Shown piece after piece: positions 54,401-61,796 of a stretch of DNA of 64,000 nucleotides (the stretch's first letter is position 1; every line of letters begins with the position of its first letter). This DNA is from a virus: the IMG/VR virus record IMGVR_UViG_3300009177_000032, positions 14,673-78,672 of that record. One strand, 5' to 3'. The position numbers and the translations under genes were made by a program. The notes under the pieces are model-generated. The model saw only the letters and a list, made by a program, of their open reading frames with translations, was not told the DNA's origin and did not search any database.

Positions 54401-55096
54401 CTGATTCGTCGCAGTTTGCGCGGCCCCCAGGGCGTCGAAAGTCCCCGCCAGATTTATCGCTAGGCGTGCCGTGTTAGTGGCGCTCTGTGCAGCTCCGAGC
54501 TGGTCCCAAAGATTCGTATTTGCAATCGCCAACTGATTAGTAGCCGCCTGAGCAGCTCCAAGCGCGTCAAAATAGCCGGCGAGGTTAATTGCCAGACGGG
54601 CCGTGTTGGTAGCATCACGCGCCGAATTCAAAGGATCCCAAAGGTTCGTGTTCGCTATGGCGAGTTGGTTGGTTGCAGTCTGAGCTGCACCCAGGGGATC
54701 GAACGTGCCGGCAAGATTTATGGCCAAACTTGCGGTATTGGTCGCCGCCTGAGCTGCCCCGAATGGATCGAAGGTCGCGGCAAGATTAATCGCTAGGTTG
54801 GCAGTATTCGTAGCGCTCTGAGCCGTCCCCAGTGGATCCCAAAGATTGGCCAATACCAGACCGTTGGTCGCGGCCTGCGCCGTGCCAAGCGGGTCAAACG
54901 ATCCGCCAATCGGCATCCCCGTCGTTGAGTCGATAAAATTCTTGGCTGAAACCGTGTTCAGATTGAGCGCGCTGTAGTTGTTCCCGTCGAGGTTGCTCTC
55001 GAGGTAAGGTCGCAAAAGGCCCATCCGGACCGACGCCGCTCCAAGAAGCAATAAGGTGAAAAGTCCGATAAGGACCCCTGCCGTAAGTTTTTTCAT
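51467..55096 (-). CDS. tail fibre / receptor-binding protein with D.LG.AQ.ATN repeats and two Asp-box propeller blocks
   Basis: over a dozen (W/F)DPLGAAQ.ATN repeats; many YGNG.FVAV...TS.DG..W repeats; C-terminal TLPTAVG...TIDG domain; start 55096 preferred. Confidence 0.8.
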   Translation of the reverse strand: MKKLTAGVLIGLFTLLLLGAASVRMGLLRPYLESNLDGNNYSALNLNTVSAKNFIDSTTGMPIGGSFDPLGTAQAATNGLVLANLWDPLGTAQSATNTANLAINLAATFDPFGAAQAATNTASLAINLAGTFDPLGAAQTATNQLAIANTNLWDPLNSARDATNTARLAINLAGYFDALGAAQAATNQLAIANTNLWDQLGAAQSATNTARLAINLAGTFDALGAAQTATNQLAIANTNLWDPLGSAQAATNGLAIANSNRWDALGAAQTATNQLAIANTNLWDPLGSAQNATNTARLAIQLAGTFDAINAALNATNGLYQLQWPGYTWSSNLLLTAGTPSSQVTYGGGLYVYLCAATNFYSHDGLHWKSGSISVSGIWRKAALYANGQFVYLGQNAGDCMTSPDGINWTARTPQTASWQGVTFGNGLYVSVGTSGKSSITATSRDGITWSAGASLSGGIGQDVIFANQLFVIAGDSVVWTSPDGATWASASIANPISKLAFGNGIFVAVSASGSVSTTAATSVNGTNWVYQTTPFAQANTLAFGKGVFVAANNSQTMTSVDGTNWVQVTTPTTGTGIPYATYGNGQFVVIGSSNAITSGHVEQFVAVNGNTYEGGQIFYGGMTNKDLLSADAVASDSNGKFIAATAISMGHIAQPGFIVTNGESQAITVSNAFRVDAAHALSLSNATASRVAMFSAANQVTNVSASGAVPINADGTATTAAQVPGIGVDWTTGGFLPFTDTWNALAYGNGRFIAVAQSTNTAYSQDGNVWIANTTGSSQAWNDITFGAGQFVAVASSTASTTNIARTVDGANWTVSTIPYGNKLTSVTYGNGIYVAVGSQGTNEVFTSNDGATWNFQTAAASNQWQKVAFANNLFVAVSLDGTSRVMTSANGTNWASQSAANSVQWTSLTYGNGLWVAVANNGSAAQQVMTSPDGTNWTARTGVGVASVAVAYGDGMFAAVAGSGGTTAMSSPDGITWTARSTSGTGLAYGNHMFIVESTQATRYSIRAFRNETFFGNLYQGGLTLNGGLTLNGSFTNKDTLSAAVGSTDANGKFIASPLSFTTNNATLTSGRVQVGNGARGVSDATASGAVPIDADGTATTAAQISALVTINSSGFTNNVNSQSANYVLLSTDWLVLLTGAHTATLPTAVGIGGKSYIVKCSSAGTNAILTTSSQTIDGAAKWTNTAINKFTWVVSDNANWRVIGQN

Positions 55097-55100
55097 GGTA

Positions 55101-55460
55101 TTAAACCTCCGAAACAATCAGCCACTGCGCTCCATCCGAAACTACCGTTACTGCGTTCCATTGAGCCGCAAGCGGGTAAGTCGCAGCTCCGTCTATCGTC
55201 TCGATCCCATCCGCCGCAACTGTGCCAGTACCTGCAACCGTCAGCTTGATCGTAAACCGTTTTCCATCATTCCCAACTGCCGTGGGAAGCGTGACAGTCT
55301 TGCCCGTGACCGAAAGCGTTATTACCTCGTCTGTCTGAGGGTCGGCTGTGGTATCGATGCCTGAGTCTCTAATCGGTAACAGCAACTGGTCTACGTCGAG
55401 CGCCCCGATCGAGGCTGTCCCAGGTACCGTTATGTTGTCGCCGTTTATGACTGTGCTCAT
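55101..55460 (-). CDS. small tail-fibre-associated protein
   Basis: TLPTAVG..GK....K...TIDGAA...VVSDG..W domain, paralogous to fibre C-terminus. Confidence 0.7.
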   Translation of the reverse strand: MSTVINGDNITVPGTASIGALDVDQLLLPIRDSGIDTTADPQTDEVITLSVTGKTVTLPTAVGNDGKRFTIKLTVAGTGTVAADGIETIDGAATYPLAAQWNAVTVVSDGAQWLIVSEV

Positions 55461-56005
55461 GGGACAGGGAGGAAAACCGCTATTCCGTCAACCGTCAATG
55501 TTCCAATGGCCGTGAAGGGGCCGACGAAAACCGCGGACTTGCCGCTCGGGATCATCACCAGGTCCCCAAGTGGGACCGAATTACGCATGAAACCGTTGTG
55601 GTTAAACTCGTCCAGAAACGATCCGTCATTGAGGTAGCGATTGGTAACCGTGTCCGGTATGGCATCCGTGTCCAACTCGACTACGCCAGTCTCGCCGTTC
55701 ACCGACGTAACGCCCGTTACGGTCGGCGCAACTGGAGTTACGGGAGTTGTCGGAACGGCCGGGGCCGCAGCGGCTGCTTTTCCAAGCGGCTTATTGGCTG
55801 TCTGAGTGATCCGCTCGTTGATTGAGCGCTCCGCATCCTGAGCCCATTGCTGCATCGCCATGTCGTGCGCGCTGGCTATCGCGTGCAGGTTCCCGCCAGA
55901 TTTAACAGCCTCCGAGAGCTTGGGCATTGGCCGGAGCCTGAAGTCCGCCGCAAAGCTGGCCGGAAGCGCTGCAACCAGCTTTTCGAAATCGGGGTTGGTT
56001 GCCAT
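55457..56005 (-). CDS. virion protein
   Basis: VTSVNGETGVVEL tail-fibre-type motif. Confidence 0.6.
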   Translation of the reverse strand: MATNPDFEKLVAALPASFAADFRLRPMPKLSEAVKSGGNLHAIASAHDMAMQQWAQDAERSINERITQTANKPLGKAAAAAPAVPTTPVTPVAPTVTGVTSVNGETGVVELDTDAIPDTVTNRYLNDGSFLDEFNHNGFMRNSVPLGDLVMIPSGKSAVFVGPFTAIGTLTVDGIAVFLPVP

Positions 56006-56006
56006 C

Positions 56007-58016
56007 TCAGAAATTCTTTGTCCTGGCCGTCTGCTTCAAAACAGCCTCGAGCGCTGAGAAAAGCGCATCCCCTCCCACGCCGGCAATCGTAATCTCGATA
56101 TAGAGAAAGCGCCCCTCACGGAACACATTCCAAAGCGCGCGCCCGGTTGGCTGCGTATTGGCGGAACGGTGTTGAGCTGGAGTCGACGCCGTCTCGTAGG
56201 CGATATCCTTCCCCGAATGAACGTACCACACGATGTTATCATCAAAATTCGGGTCCGCGGGCTGACCGGATATCCCGATGCGGAGCACCGCCTGCAGAGG
56301 GCTGTCTTGCGGCTGCGGGACGAATTTGAGCTCGAGCTTTGAGAGCTGGTTCATCGCGTCCTCAGCAAATGCCGGCGCAAACCGCAAAATCGATGTAATC
56401 GGGTCGAGCAGGTATGTCCCAATGGCGGCCGTATACCCGTTTGAGTCGGTTGTCCCTACTGCCGTCGGGTTCTGACACTGCTCCCGGTAGAACACCCCGC
56501 CGAGCTCCTTAATACACCAATCAATCGAGGAAGCCGCTATCAGCAAAGGCGCCGGCTTGCATTGCTTGCAAATCTCGTCAATGCGCTCCCCGCCCAGGAG
56601 CGAGCAAAGGCTGTGGACAGACGGATTCGACTGCGTGTAGTCCTCGACGTCTTTGCCGGCACCGGTTACCGCAAGCGGGACAGTCGTATAAATGCTGTCG
56701 GGCGTGAATGGTGCCGTGCTGTCAGGAAGAACGCGGGGGAGCTGCTGGTTGCCGTAGGGGTAACCTTGAGCCGCAAGCCCCGCAATCGTGCAAATCCCGT
56801 TTTCGACAATGAAATCGCGGATTGTCGGTGTGTCCTGGGGCGAGAACTGGCCAATGATCGTGAACCCGTGATCGACAATGTCGGCTACCTCATATTTGCG
56901 GTTGATCCGGAGGGTGTAATCCGGGCGGTGTTCGTCCGCGTCCGTTGTAGCGATAGAGTAGAGGACCTCGTCAGCGTAGTTGCCGGAGACGTGCGCGTCA
57001 CAGGCATTGACGTCGATCTTGGAAAACAAATCAGCGCTCGCGCGATGCAACCATTCAGGTCGATCTGGTGCAGTGAAATACTGACCAAAGAAGTAAATGC
57101 CCTCTCGTCCGACGTAGCTATGGAGATCATGGATGTTGGTCAGTGTGTTGGGATAAGCCAGGCACCCCTTGAGCTCATCATCCTCACCGTTGTAGACCCG
57201 TCGGAAATCGAAGGACTGGTCGCCACCCACGGCAATCATTTCCCAAATCCCGTGAGTCGTGTAGATAAAGAACGAATTCCCAACCGGTTTGCCAGCCAGG
57301 ATCTCCTCGTAGGTAAAGAGGTCCTGAAAGCCGGTTATGCTCTGGAGATTGGCCGGGTCGAACTGCGTCGGGTTGTTGTAGTCAGACCAGACAACACGGT
57401 TTGGCACCCGCTCTTGCCCCATGGTCACGTTGGCGAAGAAAAGGACGTTTTTCCAAGACCAGCACACTTTAGCCTTCGAGAGCTCGATCGTGTCGAGGTC
57501 GTCGAACGTGGAAAGGTAGAGCCCTGAGATCGGGTCCGGCCCCTGGTCGAGCCGGAGATACATGGGTTTATCGAAATCATTGGTGAACCCGATAAAATCC
57601 CCGACCTGCGCACACTTGAACCGAGGCGCCAGGGCGTCCGTTGAGAACGTCCCGCCGAGGTTCTTCCCGAGAATCTTGTAGCCTCCTGAGTGAGTGTCGA
57701 GCTGAGCAACCGTTTGCTGTGTCGCGATGATCAGCGATCGCACCTGGGTTGTGGTGATCGCGTTGAAAAGCATCGTTACCGGCTGGCGCCCGCCTGCCGT
57801 AGAGAGCGCAATGAGCTGGTCGTGAAAGTCGGCATTGTTGTAATTCGCCGTCGATAGCAGCTTTTGCCAGCCGCTCCCGCGCCGGACGGCCCCAGCTCCA
57901 ACGGTCTGAAGGTTTTGGCGCATCCGGACCCCGTTAGATGCCAGGAGATCCGGTATCGACCGGAGATCAAGGGTCCCAGTGAGCGGACTAATTGGCCTGA
58001 CTGGCGGAAGTGGCAT
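56007..58016 (-). CDS. probable tail nozzle/stabilisation protein (P22 gp10/T7 gp12-like position)
   Basis: 669 aa beta-rich; N...G.V.R.G N-terminus, VVWSD, GRF....I C-terminus; follows adaptor. Confidence 0.6.
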   Translation of the reverse strand: MPLPPVRPISPLTGTLDLRSIPDLLASNGVRMRQNLQTVGAGAVRRGSGWQKLLSTANYNNADFHDQLIALSTAGGRQPVTMLFNAITTTQVRSLIIATQQTVAQLDTHSGGYKILGKNLGGTFSTDALAPRFKCAQVGDFIGFTNDFDKPMYLRLDQGPDPISGLYLSTFDDLDTIELSKAKVCWSWKNVLFFANVTMGQERVPNRVVWSDYNNPTQFDPANLQSITGFQDLFTYEEILAGKPVGNSFFIYTTHGIWEMIAVGGDQSFDFRRVYNGEDDELKGCLAYPNTLTNIHDLHSYVGREGIYFFGQYFTAPDRPEWLHRASADLFSKIDVNACDAHVSGNYADEVLYSIATTDADEHRPDYTLRINRKYEVADIVDHGFTIIGQFSPQDTPTIRDFIVENGICTIAGLAAQGYPYGNQQLPRVLPDSTAPFTPDSIYTTVPLAVTGAGKDVEDYTQSNPSVHSLCSLLGGERIDEICKQCKPAPLLIAASSIDWCIKELGGVFYREQCQNPTAVGTTDSNGYTAAIGTYLLDPITSILRFAPAFAEDAMNQLSKLELKFVPQPQDSPLQAVLRIGISGQPADPNFDDNIVWYVHSGKDIAYETASTPAQHRSANTQPTGRALWNVFREGRFLYIEITIAGVGGDALFSALEAVLKQTARTKNF

Positions 58017-58657
58017 TAGGTCGCGATGTAAATGTAACAGGGCAGGTACGGCGGGAGATTGTTGTGCGCGTTATCCAGCCCGGTTGAGGCCGTAGTCGGT
58101 AGCGTGTAGGTCCCGTCCCCGTGGTTGCTTGTGGCCACGACCTCAGTATCAGCCGCTCCACGCTGGACACTCGTCTTGAAAGGAGCTCCGCCACCGTGCG
58201 TATGCGCGGAAAGCTCAGCATTCGTCAACTGGTGTTTGTCCTCGCCTCCGGCCACACCAAGAGCGGCCGCCCCGGAAGCTGCAAATGTGCCGATGCCAAC
58301 CGGAAAGCGCGCGCGGAAGTCAGGTAGAAGGAAGTTGCCGGCGCCCGTTACCCCATATGTCGCGCCGATAGCGGTGTAGAGATCTGGATACGTCGCTTGG
58401 GCAACGGACCGGCCATCGCAAAGAAGCCGTGAGCCGTCCTCGGTCTGAAGGCATGCCGACATTACAAGCGAGCCAGGCGGAAGGCCCTGGTTTACGAAAG
58501 CCTTTGTCGGGTTGCCGCTCGAGTCGAACAGGTAATTGACCAGCTTCCAAATCAACACCGGCAGCTTGAGCAGAGTATTGGTGAAGTTCGCGCACAGCCC
58601 TGAGCTGGGGTCGCTGATACAGTCCTTGAAATCATCTGGTGTTACTGGTGCACCCAT
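58016..58657 (-). CDS. tail collar domain protein
   Basis: LLCDGRSV....YPDLYTAIG.TYG....F.LPDFR.RFPVG...GGE..H.LT..EL..H.H...HNNLPPY. Confidence 0.9.
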   Translation of the reverse strand: MGAPVTPDDFKDCISDPSSGLCANFTNTLLKLPVLIWKLVNYLFDSSGNPTKAFVNQGLPPGSLVMSACLQTEDGSRLLCDGRSVAQATYPDLYTAIGATYGVTGAGNFLLPDFRARFPVGIGTFAASGAAALGVAGGEDKHQLTNAELSAHTHGGGAPFKTSVQRGAADTEVVATSNHGDGTYTLPTTASTGLDNAHNNLPPYLPCYIYIAT

Positions 58658-58661
58658 AGTT

Positions 58662-59513
58662 TTAGAATGTTGAGAGAGGTTTCGGTGTTCCGCCGTTGTT
58701 TAGGAGCGTCACCTCTCCGGTTGTTAGCAGGCGTTTCCACAAGCCCATTTCGTCGATCCAGAAGTAGCCCCCAAAGCCGAGGTCTGAGAACTGGAAAATA
58801 GTGAGCAGCTTCGAGGCGTCCCGGTGGACACCGACGCATGCCGAGGTGTAGCGGTGCCCGTCGTCAATCTGGATCCAAAGCTCCTGCGCATCGTCATCGT
58901 AGCCGCAACAAACGTGGTGCCAGTTTCCATCCCCTCCCGTCATCGCATCCCAAAACGGATCCGCAGCCGGAGGAGTGCTCGACGGGCCGGCATTTACCAA
59001 TGCGTTGGAGCTGTTATCGCCCTGGCGCGCCTGAAATGTCAGCCCATCGAGGCCGTTATCGTGGCTTAGGCCGTACTCGCCCAAGCCGCCGACACCGGTA
59101 GTTATCTTGGAGAAGATTGGACGCCCGCCGCTGAGGTTATCCTGACTCCCGCCTCCCGCCGGCAGGACCTTGACCCAAAGTGAGTAACTGAATGAAACGC
59201 CTGGACCGGCCCCAAGGATCGCGCTGTCCGCGGCCTGCAAATAACCGGCCCCAAACTGGCCATCGGAGTGAGCTGCCCCGTTTAGGGCTCCGGTTTCTTG
59301 TTGGATTGTACCGGTTGCTGCGAAGTCGTTGGAGCCGACGCTGTCGACCCAGGCGCTCGGGCCGTCGTCAAACTTCCAGTAGGCTGCAACGTCAATGAGG
59401 GATGTATGGGTGGGGGCAGGTGATGGCGTACCGCCGTCGATCTGCCGTTCTTCCCGCACGTTGGGCAGGTTAATGGGCTCTGGCTTTTCATCGATTATGG
59501 GGAGGTTGATCAC
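58662..59513 (-). CDS. LamG/concanavalin-like virion protein
   Basis: AYWKFD, FS.SLWV, WHHV, IDEMGLWKR.LT..EV..L.N.G. Confidence 0.8.
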   Translation of the reverse strand: MINLPIIDEKPEPINLPNVREERQIDGGTPSPAPTHTSLIDVAAYWKFDDGPSAWVDSVGSNDFAATGTIQQETGALNGAAHSDGQFGAGYLQAADSAILGAGPGVSFSYSLWVKVLPAGGGSQDNLSGGRPIFSKITTGVGGLGEYGLSHDNGLDGLTFQARQGDNSSNALVNAGPSSTPPAADPFWDAMTGGDGNWHHVCCGYDDDAQELWIQIDDGHRYTSACVGVHRDASKLLTIFQFSDLGFGGYFWIDEMGLWKRLLTTGEVTLLNNGGTPKPLSTF

Positions 59514-61093
59514 GATTTGGTTAGCTCGAGAGAATCAATCAATTCGCCGTCTTTGGTCCAGAACTCGGCAACGAGGTCAGTATCCTTAATCGCGAGCCGC
59601 AGCCCGCCGGCTTTCGCCGCATACGTGCTAACGGTGTCCGCACTCGCGTAGATCCCGACCGGCTGGAACGGCCCGAGGCCCCCGAGCCCGTCGTTGATGA
59701 CCGGTAGCCCGGAAATGTCGAGCCGCTCGTAGTTGAGTGCCTGGCTGCAAATCACCAAGTCTGCGCCCCACGATTGGAACGGCCATTGGAGGTTAGAGTC
59801 ATTGTAGAGGGAGCCGTACGGGCAGCGCTCCATAATGACAATCTTCCAAATCGCGGTCGACGCCGCGAGAGCTCCCTGCAGCCAAAGCCCTTGAGTGCTG
59901 CCGGCGGTGATGCCGTCCGGGTCGCTCGCGCTCGTGTCGAGAATGAAAAGCTGAGTATCACCGATCGTGACCGTGTAATACCGCTTGTTTCCGCCGAGGG
60001 GAAAGAAGCCCTGAAAGGTCGTCAGTGAATCGAGGTCCCAATCGAATTGACTCGGGCATGACCAAAGCGCGTTGCCGTCGTCCGACCCATCACCCTGGCT
60101 CCCCGAGTAGGGGTCAAGGTAATCGTGGAACTGGTCGCCGGCAGTGGCGTCATAATCGGTCTGCACATGGTTGATCCAGCCGGTACCAAAGACGGCCATC
60201 GGTCCCCAGTTGCGGACCAGCTTCCCGACGTCGTCCAAATCCTCCCCAAGCGTCGATGGGTTGCCGACGTGCGCCAGGACAAGATCGGTAACGCCAGGGA
60301 TGAAAGCGTCATCCGAGAGCTCAGCGCAAAGCCGGTTGCGCTCGTTGGTCTGCGGGTATTCGTCCCTGGTCCGGATTCGCTCCCGGCATTCGTGGATCAG
60401 GGTCGCCAAAGCCTCGTCAAAAAGTCCCTGGTGCGAGGCATTATGAAACGCCATCGCGTCTTGCATGTTCCCGTAGTCGCGCTCGTGGGCATACTGCATG
60501 AACAGCTTGACCGCGTTCCGGTACATGATCTCCGGGCTGATAAGGTCGTTGTCCGCCCAAACGGTTTTGATGCCCTTCCACTCAATCACAACCAGCTCGT
60601 TACTCTGGATCCAGGGGGCGATATAGATGTTGTTCTGGTAAACCGCCCAAATCGCCGTTCGCGCGCGCCCGTAAAGGCTGTCATTGTTCGCGTCCGCCAC
60701 ACCAAAACCAACCGGAAGTCGGCTGGCCTTGGTAAAATCCGGCGCCGGGGAAAGATAAAGATTGCGGGCCCACGACTCCGGCTCGGGCCATTGCCGTTGA
60801 CGGACAAAAACGGGGTCCGTGAAATTCTCGTTGGCTATGGTGAAAACCCGATTGACGATGCCCCGAGGCGCGGGGAGGACCGTCATGCCGTTCTTGTAGA
60901 AGGTCTTTTCGAAACGGATGACGTTGACGTTGTCGTCCCGCTCGCACGTCACCCACTTGGAGATCTCTGCAAAAGCCTCTTGGAAGTGATTGTCGTGAGC
61001 GGAAATGAGGTTTTCAGGCTCACCACTTGCCCAAATCTGATTGCGGATATCAGTTTTAAGCTGCGCTACGGTTTTTGTTCGTTCTCGGGACAT
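59510..61093 (-). CDS. head-tail adaptor-like protein fused to degenerate calcineurin-like phosphoesterase domain
   Basis: N-terminus T..QLK..IR helical adaptor pattern; C-terminus RYY....GD..LFILD, Q..WL...LAAS.A.WKIV, WPF..WGADLV, YERL. Confidence 0.6.
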   Translation of the reverse strand: MSRERTKTVAQLKTDIRNQIWASGEPENLISAHDNHFQEAFAEISKWVTCERDDNVNVIRFEKTFYKNGMTVLPAPRGIVNRVFTIANENFTDPVFVRQRQWPEPESWARNLYLSPAPDFTKASRLPVGFGVADANNDSLYGRARTAIWAVYQNNIYIAPWIQSNELVVIEWKGIKTVWADNDLISPEIMYRNAVKLFMQYAHERDYGNMQDAMAFHNASHQGLFDEALATLIHECRERIRTRDEYPQTNERNRLCAELSDDAFIPGVTDLVLAHVGNPSTLGEDLDDVGKLVRNWGPMAVFGTGWINHVQTDYDATAGDQFHDYLDPYSGSQGDGSDDGNALWSCPSQFDWDLDSLTTFQGFFPLGGNKRYYTVTIGDTQLFILDTSASDPDGITAGSTQGLWLQGALAASTAIWKIVIMERCPYGSLYNDSNLQWPFQSWGADLVICSQALNYERLDISGLPVINDGLGGLGPFQPVGIYASADTVSTYAAKAGGLRLAIKDTDLVAEFWTKDGELIDSLELTKS

Positions 61094-61583
61094 TGGCGGT
61101 GTTTCGTTTGCCTAACGTCGGTTTGAACTCCTGAAGCTCGGGAGCCTTGGCCGGGTTAGCAGGTTTTGGAGCCTCAGGCGGGCTATCGGCCACGGTCATG
61201 GCACTCCTCCGGATATCGCTCTTGCCGTTAACAGCTAGGGCATCCAGTGTTTCGGAACCAGCCCGCGCGACGACCTCGCGGTTTACTAAGCCGAGCCCCG
61301 CCGATCTTGATAGTTCCTCCCTCCATGGAGTCAGCGGAGACTGTTCCCCCGTCATTTTTTTTTGAGCGTAATGCTCGTGATACTCCTCGGCGCTTATCTC
61401 TGAAACTCCGCCGCGCTGCTCTCGAATGAGCCGTGCGAGCTCGTTCTGGACTGCCTCGTTTTCCGTCCCATACCAACCAAGGACGTGATCAAGAGTGTCG
61501 AACGTGAGGGGAGTCGGGATCCCCGAAAGCGTGATGATTGCCGGTGTGCCTGGACTATATTTTTTGAAGTAGCGAGTAGCCAT
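61056..61583 (-). CDS. hypothetical virion-module protein
   Basis: ATG 61583 (MATRYFKK). Confidence 0.65.
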   Translation of the reverse strand: MATRYFKKYSPGTPAIITLSGIPTPLTFDTLDHVLGWYGTENEAVQNELARLIREQRGGVSEISAEEYHEHYAQKKMTGEQSPLTPWREELSRSAGLGLVNREVVARAGSETLDALAVNGKSDIRRSAMTVADSPPEAPKPANPAKAPELQEFKPTLGKRNTANVPRTNKNRSAA

Positions 61584-61623
61584 GCCGCGAACTCTTACAA
61601 CCGACCGGGATGAATGGGAAGAT

Positions 61624-61664
61624 AAAAACACGGGCCGGCCAACCCGGTTGGAGCTGACCGGCCC
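61624..61664 (-). terminator. Rho-independent terminator (second)
   Basis: minus strand GGGCCGGTCAGC...GTTGGCCGGCCC followed by gtgTTTTT. Confidence 0.55.
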
Positions 61665-61731
61665 TTCGCGTACTGGTTCTAAAAACCAGCGCCAGCGGAA
61701 CTCCGCCGGCAGATCCTGAAACGCCGGAGGC

Positions 61732-61774
61732 AAAAATAATGCGGGGCCGGCCCTATGGCAAGAACCAGCCCCGC
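61732..61774 (-). terminator. Rho-independent terminator after capsid gene
   Basis: minus strand GCGGGGCTGG...CCGGCCCCGC followed by ATTATTTTT. Confidence 0.7.
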
Positions 61775-61796
61775 GGATCCAGCAAACTAACCCCGC

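Noticed and set aside
51467-55096. Diversity-generating retroelement acting on the tail fibre
   Set aside because: No reverse transcriptase and no adenine-specific TR/VR pair seen; repeats are diverged protein-level repeats.
61584-61733. Upstream extension of the 225-aa ORF
   Set aside because: Runs through terminator hairpins; ATG 61583 is more plausible.
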